DNA of 64,000 nt. Origin: Chthoniobacteraceae bacterium. Lineage in GTDB: Bacteria > Verrucomicrobiota > Verrucomicrobiia > Chthoniobacterales > Chthoniobacteraceae. This document shows, one piece after another, positions 20,238-29,221 of this stretch (positions are counted from its first letter, which is position 1; every line of letters begins with the position of its first letter). The translations under genes were made by a program, and so were the position numbers. The notes below the pieces were generated by a model. That model ran no database searches. It was not told the DNA's origin and saw only the letters and a list, made by a program, of their open reading frames with translations. The stretch covers positions 1 through 64,000 of the forward strand of contig JBBCKI010000064.1 in the NCBI GenBank assembly GCA_037190965.1, read 5' to 3'.

Positions 20238-21290
20238 TTAGTCGATCTCGATGAGAACTTTCATGCATCCTTCCGGGCGCTCGCGGGCGAGACGCAGGGC
20301 GTCGCCGAGGCGCCCCAACGGGAAGCAGTGGGTGTAGAGCGGGCCGGGGGTCATCAGGCCCGTATCCACCGCGGCCACTGCTTCCCGCATCCCTTCCAGA
20401 CAGAGCGCGCGTGAGGGTTCGTGCGCGTTGATGACATCGAGCCCGCGCCGGTTCCAAAGAGGGAGATTGACGGCGCGCGGAGTGTGATGCTCGCCCGCAA
20501 CCATCAGCCTGCCGCGTTCGCGGGTCAGCTCCGCAGCGAGGTCGAGCGCGGGAGGTTTCCCGACCGCTTCGATGACGATGTCGCAGAGCGCGCCATCGGT
20601 GAGATCGCGCATGGCGCGCGGCGTTTCCAGGGGATCAAACGTGAGCGTGTGCGCGGCGCCGAAGCGCTTCGCTACCTCAAGGGAGCACGGTCTGCGTCCG
20701 ATGGCGATCACCCTGGCCTCGGCGAGAACGGCAAGCTGGGTGATCATCGCACCAAGAAACCCGATCCCCACCACCGCCACGGTGTCTCCTTTGTTGATGC
20801 CGCTCCGGCGAAAGAGATTGACCGCACCTCCCAGCGGGCGCGCGGGGAATGGCTTGCCATCCAGGCCTTCGGGCAGGCGGACGACGCTCTGCACGTCCGC
20901 GACATCGTATTGGGCGTAGCCATGGCTGGAAAGAATAGCGACCCTTTCCCCCGGTTCGAAACCTTCCACCCCTGCACCCAGGGCATCGATGCGCCCCCAG
21001 GCTTCGCTGCCGGGCGCTCCCGGGTTGCCGGGTGTCACGATTGCGAGCGGATGCTCCCGGCATTTCTCCCACGAGGCGAAGTCCGGGGCGGAAACGCCGC
21101 ACCCCTCCAGCTTCACGCGGACCTGCCCGGGCCCAGGCCGGGGGACCGGGAACTCGCGAATGTCGAAGCATTCCGGCGCGGCCTCATGGGTTGACATGGT
21201 CCATAGAGCGGCAGCCATTCTGGCGGCTGGCCGCCCGGGGCGGATGCGTGCCTCACCATTCAGAGGCGATGCAGTAGGGGATCGGCTCAT
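20238..21290 (-). CDS. MDR/zinc-binding dehydrogenase-like protein (Zn ligands appear substituted)
   Basis: P.PGPGQVRV, VVGIGFLG, DIVIEAVG, C-terminal KVLI; GGAGAGG RBS upstream. Confidence 0.82.
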   Translation of the reverse strand: MSRSPTASPLNGEARIRPGRPAARMAAALWTMSTHEAAPECFDIREFPVPRPGPGQVRVKLEGCGVSAPDFASWEKCREHPLAIVTPGNPGAPGSEAWGRIDALGAGVEGFEPGERVAILSSHGYAQYDVADVQSVVRLPEGLDGKPFPARPLGGAVNLFRRSGINKGDTVAVVGIGFLGAMITQLAVLAEARVIAIGRRPCSLEVAKRFGAAHTLTFDPLETPRAMRDLTDGALCDIVIEAVGKPPALDLAAELTRERGRLMVAGEHHTPRAVNLPLWNRRGLDVINAHEPSRALCLEGMREAVAAVDTGLMTPGPLYTHCFPLGRLGDALRLARERPEGCMKVLIEID

Positions 21291-21354
21291 ACGCTACCTC
21301 CTCCAATCGAATTGGATCGATTCATTCGGCGTGTCTTTTTTTTGGATGGCAAAG

Positions 21355-22473
21355 TCATACCCTTAAACCTCGCAAAGCCAGTTCGGTGGAGGCTTCGCGC
21401 GACCGGTCCACGGGCGTTCGTCCCTCCAGCCATTCGGCGAGCTCCATCAGACCGTCTTCGAAGCGGACGGTCGGTTCATACCCCAGAACGATCCGGGCCA
21501 GGGAAATGTCGGCAAAACAGTTGCGAATATCGCCGATCCGATATTCTCCCGTGGTTTCAGGCTCCAGATTCGAAGTCCCCAATACATCGCCAAGGCTTTC
21601 GGCGGCTTCCCTGATCGTGTGGCTGCGGCCGCTCCCGATGTTGAGCGCCTGCCCCTCCGCGTTGCGCGCTTCCAGGGCAAGCCGCAACGCGCGCACCACA
21701 TCGCGCACGCTCACGAAATCGCGCCGCTGCTCGCCATCCTCGAGAAGCTGGGGAGGCTTGCCGTTAAGGTAACGCGCCGCAAAGATCGCCAGCACGCCGG
21801 TGTATGGGTTGGAAAGCGCCTGGCGCGGGCCGTAGACATTGAAGAGCCGAAGGGCGACCGTCGGGATTCCGTAAGCCTCGCCGACGGAAATGCAGAGCTG
21901 CTCCATATGGTACTTGGAGATGGCATAAACGCTGGGAGGGCAGGGGGTCTTGCTTTCCGGCGTCGGCACCGGCGCGAGCGCGTCGCCCAGGCCGTCGCGC
22001 ACTTCCCAGTCGCGCTTCCGGAGCTGGGAGAGAGAGCGAGGCTTTCCTTCGGCAAGGATTCCCCCGGCAGTTCGGTATAGCCCCTCGCCATAGAGAGCCA
22101 TGCTGGAGGCGACGACCAGTTTCTCCACGGGCCGCCGCGCCAGCTCTTCGAGCAGCACGGCGGTTCCGGTCGCATTGACGCTGGTGAAGTGCGCGATCTC
22201 GTACATGCTCTGCCCAACGCCCGCAGTTGCCGCGAGATGGATGACGGCCCGCACCCCGGAAAGCGCGCGACGCACGGCATCGGGGTCGCGCATATCCCCG
22301 CAGAGGAGTTCAACCTCCCGGTTCAGGTGGTCGGGCCGGGCAGCACGGGAACCATGCACCTGCGGACAAAGATTATCGAAGGCACGAACCGAATAGCCGT
22401 GCTCCAGAAGTTCGTCGGCAAGATGCGATCCGATAAATCCCGCGCCGCCGGTGATTAAGATTTTCGCCGCCAT
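21355..22473 (-). CDS. NAD-dependent epimerase/dehydratase (extended SDR)
   Basis: ITGGAGFIGS, HLAA, YAISK, FNVYGPRQ.LSNPYTGV, RDFVSV.D. Confidence 0.92.
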   Translation of the reverse strand: MAAKILITGGAGFIGSHLADELLEHGYSVRAFDNLCPQVHGSRAARPDHLNREVELLCGDMRDPDAVRRALSGVRAVIHLAATAGVGQSMYEIAHFTSVNATGTAVLLEELARRPVEKLVVASSMALYGEGLYRTAGGILAEGKPRSLSQLRKRDWEVRDGLGDALAPVPTPESKTPCPPSVYAISKYHMEQLCISVGEAYGIPTVALRLFNVYGPRQALSNPYTGVLAIFAARYLNGKPPQLLEDGEQRRDFVSVRDVVRALRLALEARNAEGQALNIGSGRSHTIREAAESLGDVLGTSNLEPETTGEYRIGDIRNCFADISLARIVLGYEPTVRFEDGLMELAEWLEGRTPVDRSREASTELALRGLRV

Positions 22474-22621
22474 GTCAAACAGCTTCGAACGCGGGGCAGG
22501 GGATCACGGGCCTGAGCCGTGGCTCCAGCAAACCCCGCTGGGATTTTTTTGCCGGGTCAGTGGGAAAGAAGGGGCCACCCGGCAGCAGGATCACGATCTA
22601 TTTGGAGAGCCGGGAACACGT

Positions 22622-24187
22622 ATGAAACCTTCTTTAAATCCATCGGTATGGGAATCAGATTGGTCCAGGGCCGATGCGATGCCGCTGACGCGCGGAATGG
22701 AGGCCGATGTCTGCATTGTGGGCGCGGGGATTGCCGGGCTGAGCACCGGTTATCTGCTCGCACGGCAGGGACAATCGGTCGTGATTCTCGATGCGGGTCT
22801 GCCGGGCGGCGGCGAAACCGCGCACACGACGGCGCACCTCTCCAACGCCATCGATGCCCGCTACTTCGAAATGGCCCGTATTCACGGTTCCGAAGGGGCT
22901 CGCCTGATCGCGGAGAGCCATACAGCGGCCATTGCGCGGATCGAGGAGGCGGTCAGGACGGAAAATATCTCGTGCGATTTTGAGCGGGTGAACGGTTATC
23001 TGTTTGCCCCTCCGCCTTCACCGCTTCGGGAGGAGGATAAAGAGATTCTCGACCGCGAACTGATCGCCGCCCATGAGGCGGGTCTCGGCACGGTCGACAA
23101 GCTCGATGAAGCGCCGATCCCGGATTTCGACACCGGCCCGTGTCTCCTGTTTCCGCAACAGGCGCAGATCCATCCGCTGAAATACCTGGCGGGGCTGCGC
23201 GCGGCGTTTCTGCGCAACGGCGGCAAGCTCTATGGGCATACCCATGTCAAAAGCGTGACAGGCGGCGATGAGGGGTGCGTCAGGACGGCGGATGGTAAAA
23301 CCGTCCGTGCCGGTCATTTTGTGGTGGCCACGAACACTCCCATAAACGACGTCGTGGCGATCCATGCCAAGCAGACCCCTTATCGAACCTATGTCATCGG
23401 CGCGGAGGTGCCCAGGGGGTCAGTCAAGCACGCGCTGTTCTGGGACACGCTCGACCCTTATCACTATGTGCGAATCCAGGAAGGGCCGACTGGCGATCTG
23501 CTGCTCGTCGGAGGGGAGGATCACAAGACCGGGCAGGCCGACGACGCCGCAATCCGGTTTGCCCGGCTGGAACGCTGGGCTCGGGAGCGATTCCCCATGA
23601 TCCTTGGCGTGCCGTACCGCTGGTCCGGGCAGACCATCGAAACGGTGGACGGGATCGCCTTCATCGGCCGCAACCCGATGGACAAGCGTAATGTCTATAT
23701 CGCGACGGGCGATTGCGGGATGGGGATGACGCATGGCACCATCGCGGGAATGCTCCTCACGGACATGATCATGGGGCGCGCCAATCGCTGGGAGCCAATC
23801 TATGATCCCGCGCGAAAACTGCGGGGATCGATGGGCGAGCTGGCCAAACAGAATCTCAATGTCGCCGCCCGCTACAGTGACTATGTGACGGCGGGAGATG
23901 TCGCCGACGAAGCCGATATCCCTGTCAATAGCGGCGCGGTCGTGCGGGAGGGGTTTCGAAAAGTGGCGGTCTATCGCGATACGGGCGGCATATGCCATCA
24001 TTTCTCGGCGGTCTGCCCTCACTTGAAGTGCCTGGTGCATTGGAATACGCTGGAGAAGACGTGGGACTGCCCCTGCCACGGCTCGCGCTTCAGCGCCACG
24101 GGCGAGGTCCTCAACGGCCCCGCCATTTCCAATCTGGAGTGTCTCGATCAACCTGCTGAAAAACAGCCTAACATTTCCACACGATGA
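22622..24187 (+). CDS. FAD-dependent oxidoreductase with C-terminal Rieske domain (YhfW-like)
   Basis: IVGAGIAG, TAHTTAH, WSGQ, CPHLKC...WDCPCHGSRF. Confidence 0.9.
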   Translation: MKPSLNPSVWESDWSRADAMPLTRGMEADVCIVGAGIAGLSTGYLLARQGQSVVILDAGLPGGGETAHTTAHLSNAIDARYFEMARIHGSEGARLIAESHTAAIARIEEAVRTENISCDFERVNGYLFAPPPSPLREEDKEILDRELIAAHEAGLGTVDKLDEAPIPDFDTGPCLLFPQQAQIHPLKYLAGLRAAFLRNGGKLYGHTHVKSVTGGDEGCVRTADGKTVRAGHFVVATNTPINDVVAIHAKQTPYRTYVIGAEVPRGSVKHALFWDTLDPYHYVRIQEGPTGDLLLVGGEDHKTGQADDAAIRFARLERWARERFPMILGVPYRWSGQTIETVDGIAFIGRNPMDKRNVYIATGDCGMGMTHGTIAGMLLTDMIMGRANRWEPIYDPARKLRGSMGELAKQNLNVAARYSDYVTAGDVADEADIPVNSGAVVREGFRKVAVYRDTGGICHHFSAVCPHLKCLVHWNTLEKTWDCPCHGSRFSATGEVLNGPAISNLECLDQPAEKQPNISTR

Positions 24188-24855
24188 GTCGTTGGCTATA
24201 CATGCTGAAGCCGTACCGCAACCTGGGCGATACCGAGCGGTTGCTTTCGGGGATCGCGGGAACGGCCCTCATTCTCGGGAGCTTGCGCGAGCGCGGAACG
24301 CGCGGCTGGTTCCTGGCGATCTTCGGCTACGCGCTGTATCTGCGCGGGTTTACCGGCAATTCCAAGTTGTATCAACTGCTGGGGCATACCCGCGTCGGGC
24401 CGCCGCTGACGGATGAGGCTTACGGCATTCATGTGCATCGCACGTTCCTGATCAATCGGCCTGTCGCCGATGTCTACCGGGCCTGGCGCAATTTCGAAAA
24501 CCTGCCGCATTTCATGTCGCATCTGGAGCGGGTCACCGTCCTGAGCCCCCTCCGTTCGCGCTGGGTGGCCAAAGCCCCAGCGGGCCTGCATGTCACGTGG
24601 GATGCGGAGATCGTCGAGGAAAAACCCAACGCGCTCATCGCCTGGCGTTCACTGGACAATGCCGATGTCGACAACGCCGGAAAGATTTTCTTTCGCGATC
24701 TTAATGGCGTGACGGAAATCGAGGTCATGCTTCACTACAGCCCGCCGGGAGGCCGCCCCGGCGCGGCTTTGGCGCGGCTGTTCCAAGAGGAGCCGACGCG
24801 GCAGATCGAGTTGGACCTCCTTCGCTTCAAGCACATGATGGAAGTGGCGGGGTAG
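24184..24855 (+). CDS. SRPBCC/polyketide cyclase family protein with N-terminal DUF2892-like membrane region
   Basis: N.G..ER..S start; WRNFENLPHFMSHL, WDAEI, IAWRSL, YSPPGG. Confidence 0.85.
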   Translation: MSRWLYMLKPYRNLGDTERLLSGIAGTALILGSLRERGTRGWFLAIFGYALYLRGFTGNSKLYQLLGHTRVGPPLTDEAYGIHVHRTFLINRPVADVYRAWRNFENLPHFMSHLERVTVLSPLRSRWVAKAPAGLHVTWDAEIVEEKPNALIAWRSLDNADVDNAGKIFFRDLNGVTEIEVMLHYSPPGGRPGAALARLFQEEPTRQIELDLLRFKHMMEVAG

Positions 24856-24945
24856 AGCGGTTTAATGAATTCTGTAGCCATTGCTTTGCGGCGGCGCGGG
24901 CCGTTGCGCGGCTATTCAAGCTCGGGCAGTATCTAAGCCGTCAGT

Positions 24946-26481
24946 TTACGCGTGGCAGCGATGAGCCCATGCGTGCATTGCGGCCTCGTAGATCACGCGG
25001 AGCGGTTTGCCGGTAAGCTCGGAGGCGGCCCGGCATGATTCGAACTCCGGCGCGGCTTGAATCACTTCGTTGCCCCGCAGACCCAGCTTTACGATGATTT
25101 CGCCAAAGGGGGTGGCTACGGTTTGGAACTTGCGATCCAGCTTCCAGCGTTCCACTCGATCAAGCCGAAGGCCGAACGAGGTGGTTTCGGTGAAAAGGAG
25201 GTCGGCGATTTTTGAGAGACCCGCTTCCTCGCACAGCACGGTCAACTGCACGCCGGGACGATTCTTTTTCATCTGGATCGGCGTCAGGAATACGTCAAGC
25301 GCACCCGCCGCGAAGAGTTTATCCACGGTCGCGCCGGTGATTTCCGGCGAGAGATCGTCGAGGTTGGTCTCGATCCGCGCGATCGTGTCGGTTTGGTAGG
25401 CGGATGCGTCGTTGGGAGCCTCCATTTCGCCGATCACGGCCCGCAACACGTTGGGGCGGGAGGGGATGACGCGCGAGCCGATGCCGTAGCCGATCTTTTC
25501 GACCTTCAATCGCGGCATCGTCCCGAACGACTCGCCAAACTCCGCCACAATGGCGGCTCCCGTTGGGGTAATGAATTCGAACGGTTCGTCGATCTGCGAG
25601 ACGGGGATTCTCTGCAGAATCTCCAGCGTCGCGGCGGCGGGGATCGGGAATCGGCCATGGGCGCAGTCGACCCAGCCTCGTCCGTCGTGCAGCGAAGAGA
25701 CGAGCACTTTTTCGATGCCTAGTGTTTCGATGCCGACGCACGCGCAGATAATATCGGCGATGGAATCGAGCGCGCCCACTTCATGGAACCCGACCTCCTC
25801 GGGCGGCTTGCCGTGAATCTTGCCTTCGGCGACGGCGACGCGATGGAAAATGGAGAGCGAGTGTTTTTTGACAAAAGGAGAAAGATCGCTCTGCTCGATC
25901 AATGCGCGGATTTCCGCGTAGCTGCGGCCATGATCGTGATCATGATCATGTGTATGGCCATGGGCATGGGTATGGGAATGCCCATGCGTGTGCTCATGGC
26001 TATGGTGATGCCCGTGCTCATGCTCGCCATGCGAATGGCCATGGCAGCAGTGGCTGTGATCGCCGTGATCGTGGGCGTGATCGCCATGGTTGCAATGCTC
26101 ATGGGAATGTCCCCCCTCCGCGTGTTCGTGAGGATGCTCGTCGTGGCTATGGCCATGGCAGCAGGTCTCGCCGTGTTCGTGGGAGTGCGTGTGCGAATGG
26201 CTGTGTGGGTGAGAATGCCCTTCTTCCCCGTGCCCATGACAACAGTGGTGTTCCTCATGCTCGTCCTGATCGTGGGTATGGGTGGCCCCTTCATGGATGC
26301 TGAACTTCACCCCTTCAATGGCCTGCCTCTGCTTCCGCTCAAAGTGCATGTGGAAGTCGCCAATCTCCAGCTTGGCCAACTCCCACTCAAGAGTGGAGGG
26401 TTTAACGCCCAGGTCGCAAAGAGCGCCGACGGTCATGTCGCCGCTGATGCCGGAAAAGCAATCGAGAAAGAGAACGCGCAT
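24946..26481 (-). CDS. larC: Nickel-pincer cofactor nickel insertase LarC with long His/Cys-rich insert
   Basis: DCFSGISGDM, AEGKIHG, FHEVGALDSIADI, ITPTGAA, ETNLDD, MKKNRPG, PEFESC. Confidence 0.93.
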   Translation of the reverse strand: MRVLFLDCFSGISGDMTVGALCDLGVKPSTLEWELAKLEIGDFHMHFERKQRQAIEGVKFSIHEGATHTHDQDEHEEHHCCHGHGEEGHSHPHSHSHTHSHEHGETCCHGHSHDEHPHEHAEGGHSHEHCNHGDHAHDHGDHSHCCHGHSHGEHEHGHHHSHEHTHGHSHTHAHGHTHDHDHDHGRSYAEIRALIEQSDLSPFVKKHSLSIFHRVAVAEGKIHGKPPEEVGFHEVGALDSIADIICACVGIETLGIEKVLVSSLHDGRGWVDCAHGRFPIPAAATLEILQRIPVSQIDEPFEFITPTGAAIVAEFGESFGTMPRLKVEKIGYGIGSRVIPSRPNVLRAVIGEMEAPNDASAYQTDTIARIETNLDDLSPEITGATVDKLFAAGALDVFLTPIQMKKNRPGVQLTVLCEEAGLSKIADLLFTETTSFGLRLDRVERWKLDRKFQTVATPFGEIIVKLGLRGNEVIQAAPEFESCRAASELTGKPLRVIYEAAMHAWAHRCHA

Positions 26482-26514
26482 AGGTGAATCAGGGAAGTTA
26501 AGGTCTGTGAATCG

Positions 26515-27066
26515 TCAAAGCGAGCGTTGGATATCATAAATGACGTCCTCTTCGATTTGGGAGAGGGCGTCGGTCAGCTTGTCGTCCAGCGCCAAGGAAC
26601 GTCGGGTAGAGATCTGGATTTTTTCACTCTCCAGTTGCCCGGAATACCAATGCAATAAGAGCCCAACGGAGGGGGAGCCGGTTTCCTTGATGAGATGCTC
26701 GATCAGCTCGGACCACAATCTACATCCTTCGAACGCCGCTTCTTCGTCCGTTCGGGACTGGCGTTTCGAGACGGATTGTCTTTGGCGGCTCCAGCGCTGA
26801 ATCTTTGCGTCGCTCCAGCCCTTCTTGCGGAGCTGGGCTGTTGAGTCGGTGACCTCCTTGCCAGCTCGCCTCGCGAGTAACCCCAGAGCTGTACCGCAAT
26901 CGCAGTTTCCACCGGAAGGATGGACGGTAATCTCTCCCGGGCGAAGGCTGCTTTGAAGATAGGGGTTATTCAGCGGCTGCAACCGACGATGAAATCGGTT
27001 GGCCGCTTGTTTCGCCGCAGAAAGTAAATCCTGGGAAGGAAGGGTCAGCGCAATGAAGTGGCACAT
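26515..27066 (-). CDS. Hypothetical protein (N-terminal MC, CDCGT motif)
   Basis: 183-aa ORF filling the hisA-larC gap on the same strand. Confidence 0.65.
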   Translation of the reverse strand: MCHFIALTLPSQDLLSAAKQAANRFHRRLQPLNNPYLQSSLRPGEITVHPSGGNCDCGTALGLLARRAGKEVTDSTAQLRKKGWSDAKIQRWSRQRQSVSKRQSRTDEEAAFEGCRLWSELIEHLIKETGSPSVGLLLHWYSGQLESEKIQISTRRSLALDDKLTDALSQIEEDVIYDIQRSL

Positions 27067-27091
27067 ATCCTTCAGCCACCTGTGGGCATGG

Positions 27092-27817
27092 TCAGGCTTT
27101 CTTCAACTCCTTCACCAACTTCGGCAGGTCAATCTTATCGTCGTAGAGCGCCTTGCCGATGATCACGCCGTAGAGGCCCTGCATTTTGTTGAGCCGGATG
27201 ACGTCCGCCGCACTGGAGACGCCGCCGCTGGCGATGAGCTGACATTTGAGCTGCCCAAGAAGGTTTTCCATCTCCGCGAAGTTCGGGCCTTCGAGCATTC
27301 CGTCGGTGGCGATGTCGGTGTAGATCAACGTGCCTGCTCCTGCCGCTTCCACCTGCAAGGCGAGATCGATGGCGCGGACGCCTGCGGACTCAGTCCACCC
27401 TTTGACGGAGACGATGCCGTCACGGGCGTCGATGCCGACGGCGATTCGCTCTCCTCCAAATTTAGCGGCCATTTTGGCGACGAAATCGACCGATTCCGCC
27501 GCGCGGGTGCCGATGACGATGCGGGAGACTCCGGCGTCGAAGGCGCAGGCGATGGCTTCCTCGCTCCGCATGCCGCCGCCGAGTTCGCACGGGATCCCGG
27601 CGGTCTGGGTAATGGCGCGCACGGCGTCGAGGTTCTTGTTCACGCCGGTGAAGGCGGCGTCGAGATCGACGATGTGAAGGTAGTCGCCCCCTTCATCGGC
27701 CCACTTCTTGGCGAAAGCGGCGGGGTCGTTGGAGTAAACGGTTTTCTGGTCGGCTTTGCCTTGGCGAAGGCGGACGACCTGGCCGTCCATAAGGTCAATG
27801 GCGGGAAGGAGAATCAT
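27092..27817 (-). CDS. hisA: ProFAR isomerase
   Basis: PAIDL..G.VVRL.QG, HIVDLD, GGGMR, YTDI.TDGML.GPN, ASGGV. Confidence 0.97.
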   Translation of the reverse strand: MILLPAIDLMDGQVVRLRQGKADQKTVYSNDPAAFAKKWADEGGDYLHIVDLDAAFTGVNKNLDAVRAITQTAGIPCELGGGMRSEEAIACAFDAGVSRIVIGTRAAESVDFVAKMAAKFGGERIAVGIDARDGIVSVKGWTESAGVRAIDLALQVEAAGAGTLIYTDIATDGMLEGPNFAEMENLLGQLKCQLIASGGVSSAADVIRLNKMQGLYGVIIGKALYDDKIDLPKLVKELKKA

Positions 27818-27826
27818 AAATGGAAA

Positions 27827-28528
27827 TTAGGCCCGAGCTGAATGCGCCGGGCGGGTGAGATTATTCCTCGAGTTTGAGGCCGACTGATCGAGTTTGAGGC
27901 CGACTGATTTAGGTACAGGGACGGATTCGACGAAATTACGCAAGATCCCGAGCCCAACGCTCTGGCTTTTCTCCGGGTGAAATTGCACCCCGGCCACCTT
28001 GCCACTCGCGGCGCTGGCGGCAAAGACTTCGCCGTAGTCCGAGGTGGAGGTGGTCTTCCCGGGCTCGCTCGGGACCGGATAGTACGAGTGGACAAAAAAG
28101 ACGTGCGGGTTCTCCGGCAGTCCCTTCCAAAGGAAATGGTCGGGTTGGGTGAGGGCGAGGGCGTTCCAGCCGATCTGCGGCACTTTCAAGCCGGGGGTGG
28201 AGAACCGGGTGACTTTGCCCTTGAAAAAGCCGAAGCCGCGCGCGCCGTCGGTGGCTTCCTCGCTCTCTTCAAAGAGGAGTTGATAGCCGACGCAGATGCC
28301 GAGGAACGGTTTCCCGCTTTCCAGCCATTCTGCCAGCGGCTCCCAGAGGCCACGGGAGCGGATGCCCTGGACGCAATCCGAGAACGCGCCGACACCGGGG
28401 AGCACCACGGCACTAGCTTTGTCAATTGCGTCGGCGGTGCTGACAAGTTGGACATCGGCGCCCTCGTGTTCGAAGGCCTTTTGGACGCTGCGGATGTTGC
28501 CGCTGCCGTAGTCGATCAACGCGATCAT
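27827..28528 (-). CDS. hisH: Imidazole glycerol phosphate synthase glutaminase subunit (C-terminus extended by a 20-bp duplication)
   Basis: DYGSGN, LPGVGAF, LGICVG.Q, FVHSY, QFHPEKS. Confidence 0.97.
   Translation of the reverse strand: MIALIDYGSGNIRSVQKAFEHEGADVQLVSTADAIDKASAVVLPGVGAFSDCVQGIRSRGLWEPLAEWLESGKPFLGICVGYQLLFEESEEATDGARGFGFFKGKVTRFSTPGLKVPQIGWNALALTQPDHFLWKGLPENPHVFFVHSYYPVPSEPGKTTSTSDYGEVFAASAASGKVAGVQFHPEKSQSVGLGILRNFVESVPVPKSVGLKLDQSASNSRNNLTRPAHSARA
27868..27907. repeat. Perfect 20-bp tandem duplication (tcgagtttgaggccgactga x2)
   Basis: Read directly from the sequence. Confidence 0.95.
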
Positions 28529-28531
28529 TGG

Positions 28532-29119
28532 CTAGAGGACCCCCTTCGTGCTTGGGATGCCTTGAACGCGAGGGTCCTGCTGCGCGGCTTGATCGGCGGC
28601 GCGGGCGAGCGCTTTGAAGACTGACTCCGCCATGTGATGGGCGTCGCGGCCGTAAAGGATCTCAATATGGACGTTGGAGGCGCTGTGAACGGAGAAGCCG
28701 CGCAGAAACTCCTCCACCAGTTGGAAGGGGAAGAGCCCGATGGCTTCAACGCCGCGAGGGGCGCGATATTCCAGGAAGGGGCGTCCGCTGAAGTCAACGA
28801 CGGCGCGGGTGAGCGTTTCGTCCATCGGGACGTAGGCGGAGCCATAACGGCGGATGCCGCTCTTGTCGCCAAGGGCCTTGGCAAACGCGTTGCCGAGGGC
28901 GATGCCGACATCCTCCACGGTGTGATGAAAATCGACTTCGATATCGCCATCCGCCACGACGTCGAGGTCGAAAAGGCCATGCCGGGCGAAGAGCGTGAGC
29001 ATGTGGTCGAAGAAAGGGATCTTCGTCGCGATGCGGCTCTTGCCGCATCCGTCCACGGTGAGCTGGATGGATATGCGGGTTTCGGCGGTGTTGCGTTCGA
29101 CGCTGGCGGAACGGGTCAT
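28532..29119 (-). CDS. hisB: Imidazoleglycerol-phosphate dehydratase
   Basis: R.TAET, FFDHML, HHTVED, PMDE, HHMAES.FKA, PSTKGVL. Confidence 0.97.
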   Translation of the reverse strand: MTRSASVERNTAETRISIQLTVDGCGKSRIATKIPFFDHMLTLFARHGLFDLDVVADGDIEVDFHHTVEDVGIALGNAFAKALGDKSGIRRYGSAYVPMDETLTRAVVDFSGRPFLEYRAPRGVEAIGLFPFQLVEEFLRGFSVHSASNVHIEILYGRDAHHMAESVFKALARAADQAAQQDPRVQGIPSTKGVL

Positions 29120-29221
29120 CAGGCTACTCATAGCGGGTCTGGAAACTTTTCCAAGCCCGGAAAAGGACCTTGGCTGAGCGGCTGTTCGGAGGATCGGCGA
29201 CCGTGCTGCCGTATCTTTTCG

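Noticed and set aside
24946..26481. Programmed frameshift in larC, as in Lactobacillus larC1/C2
   Set aside because: The ORF is continuous through both domains.
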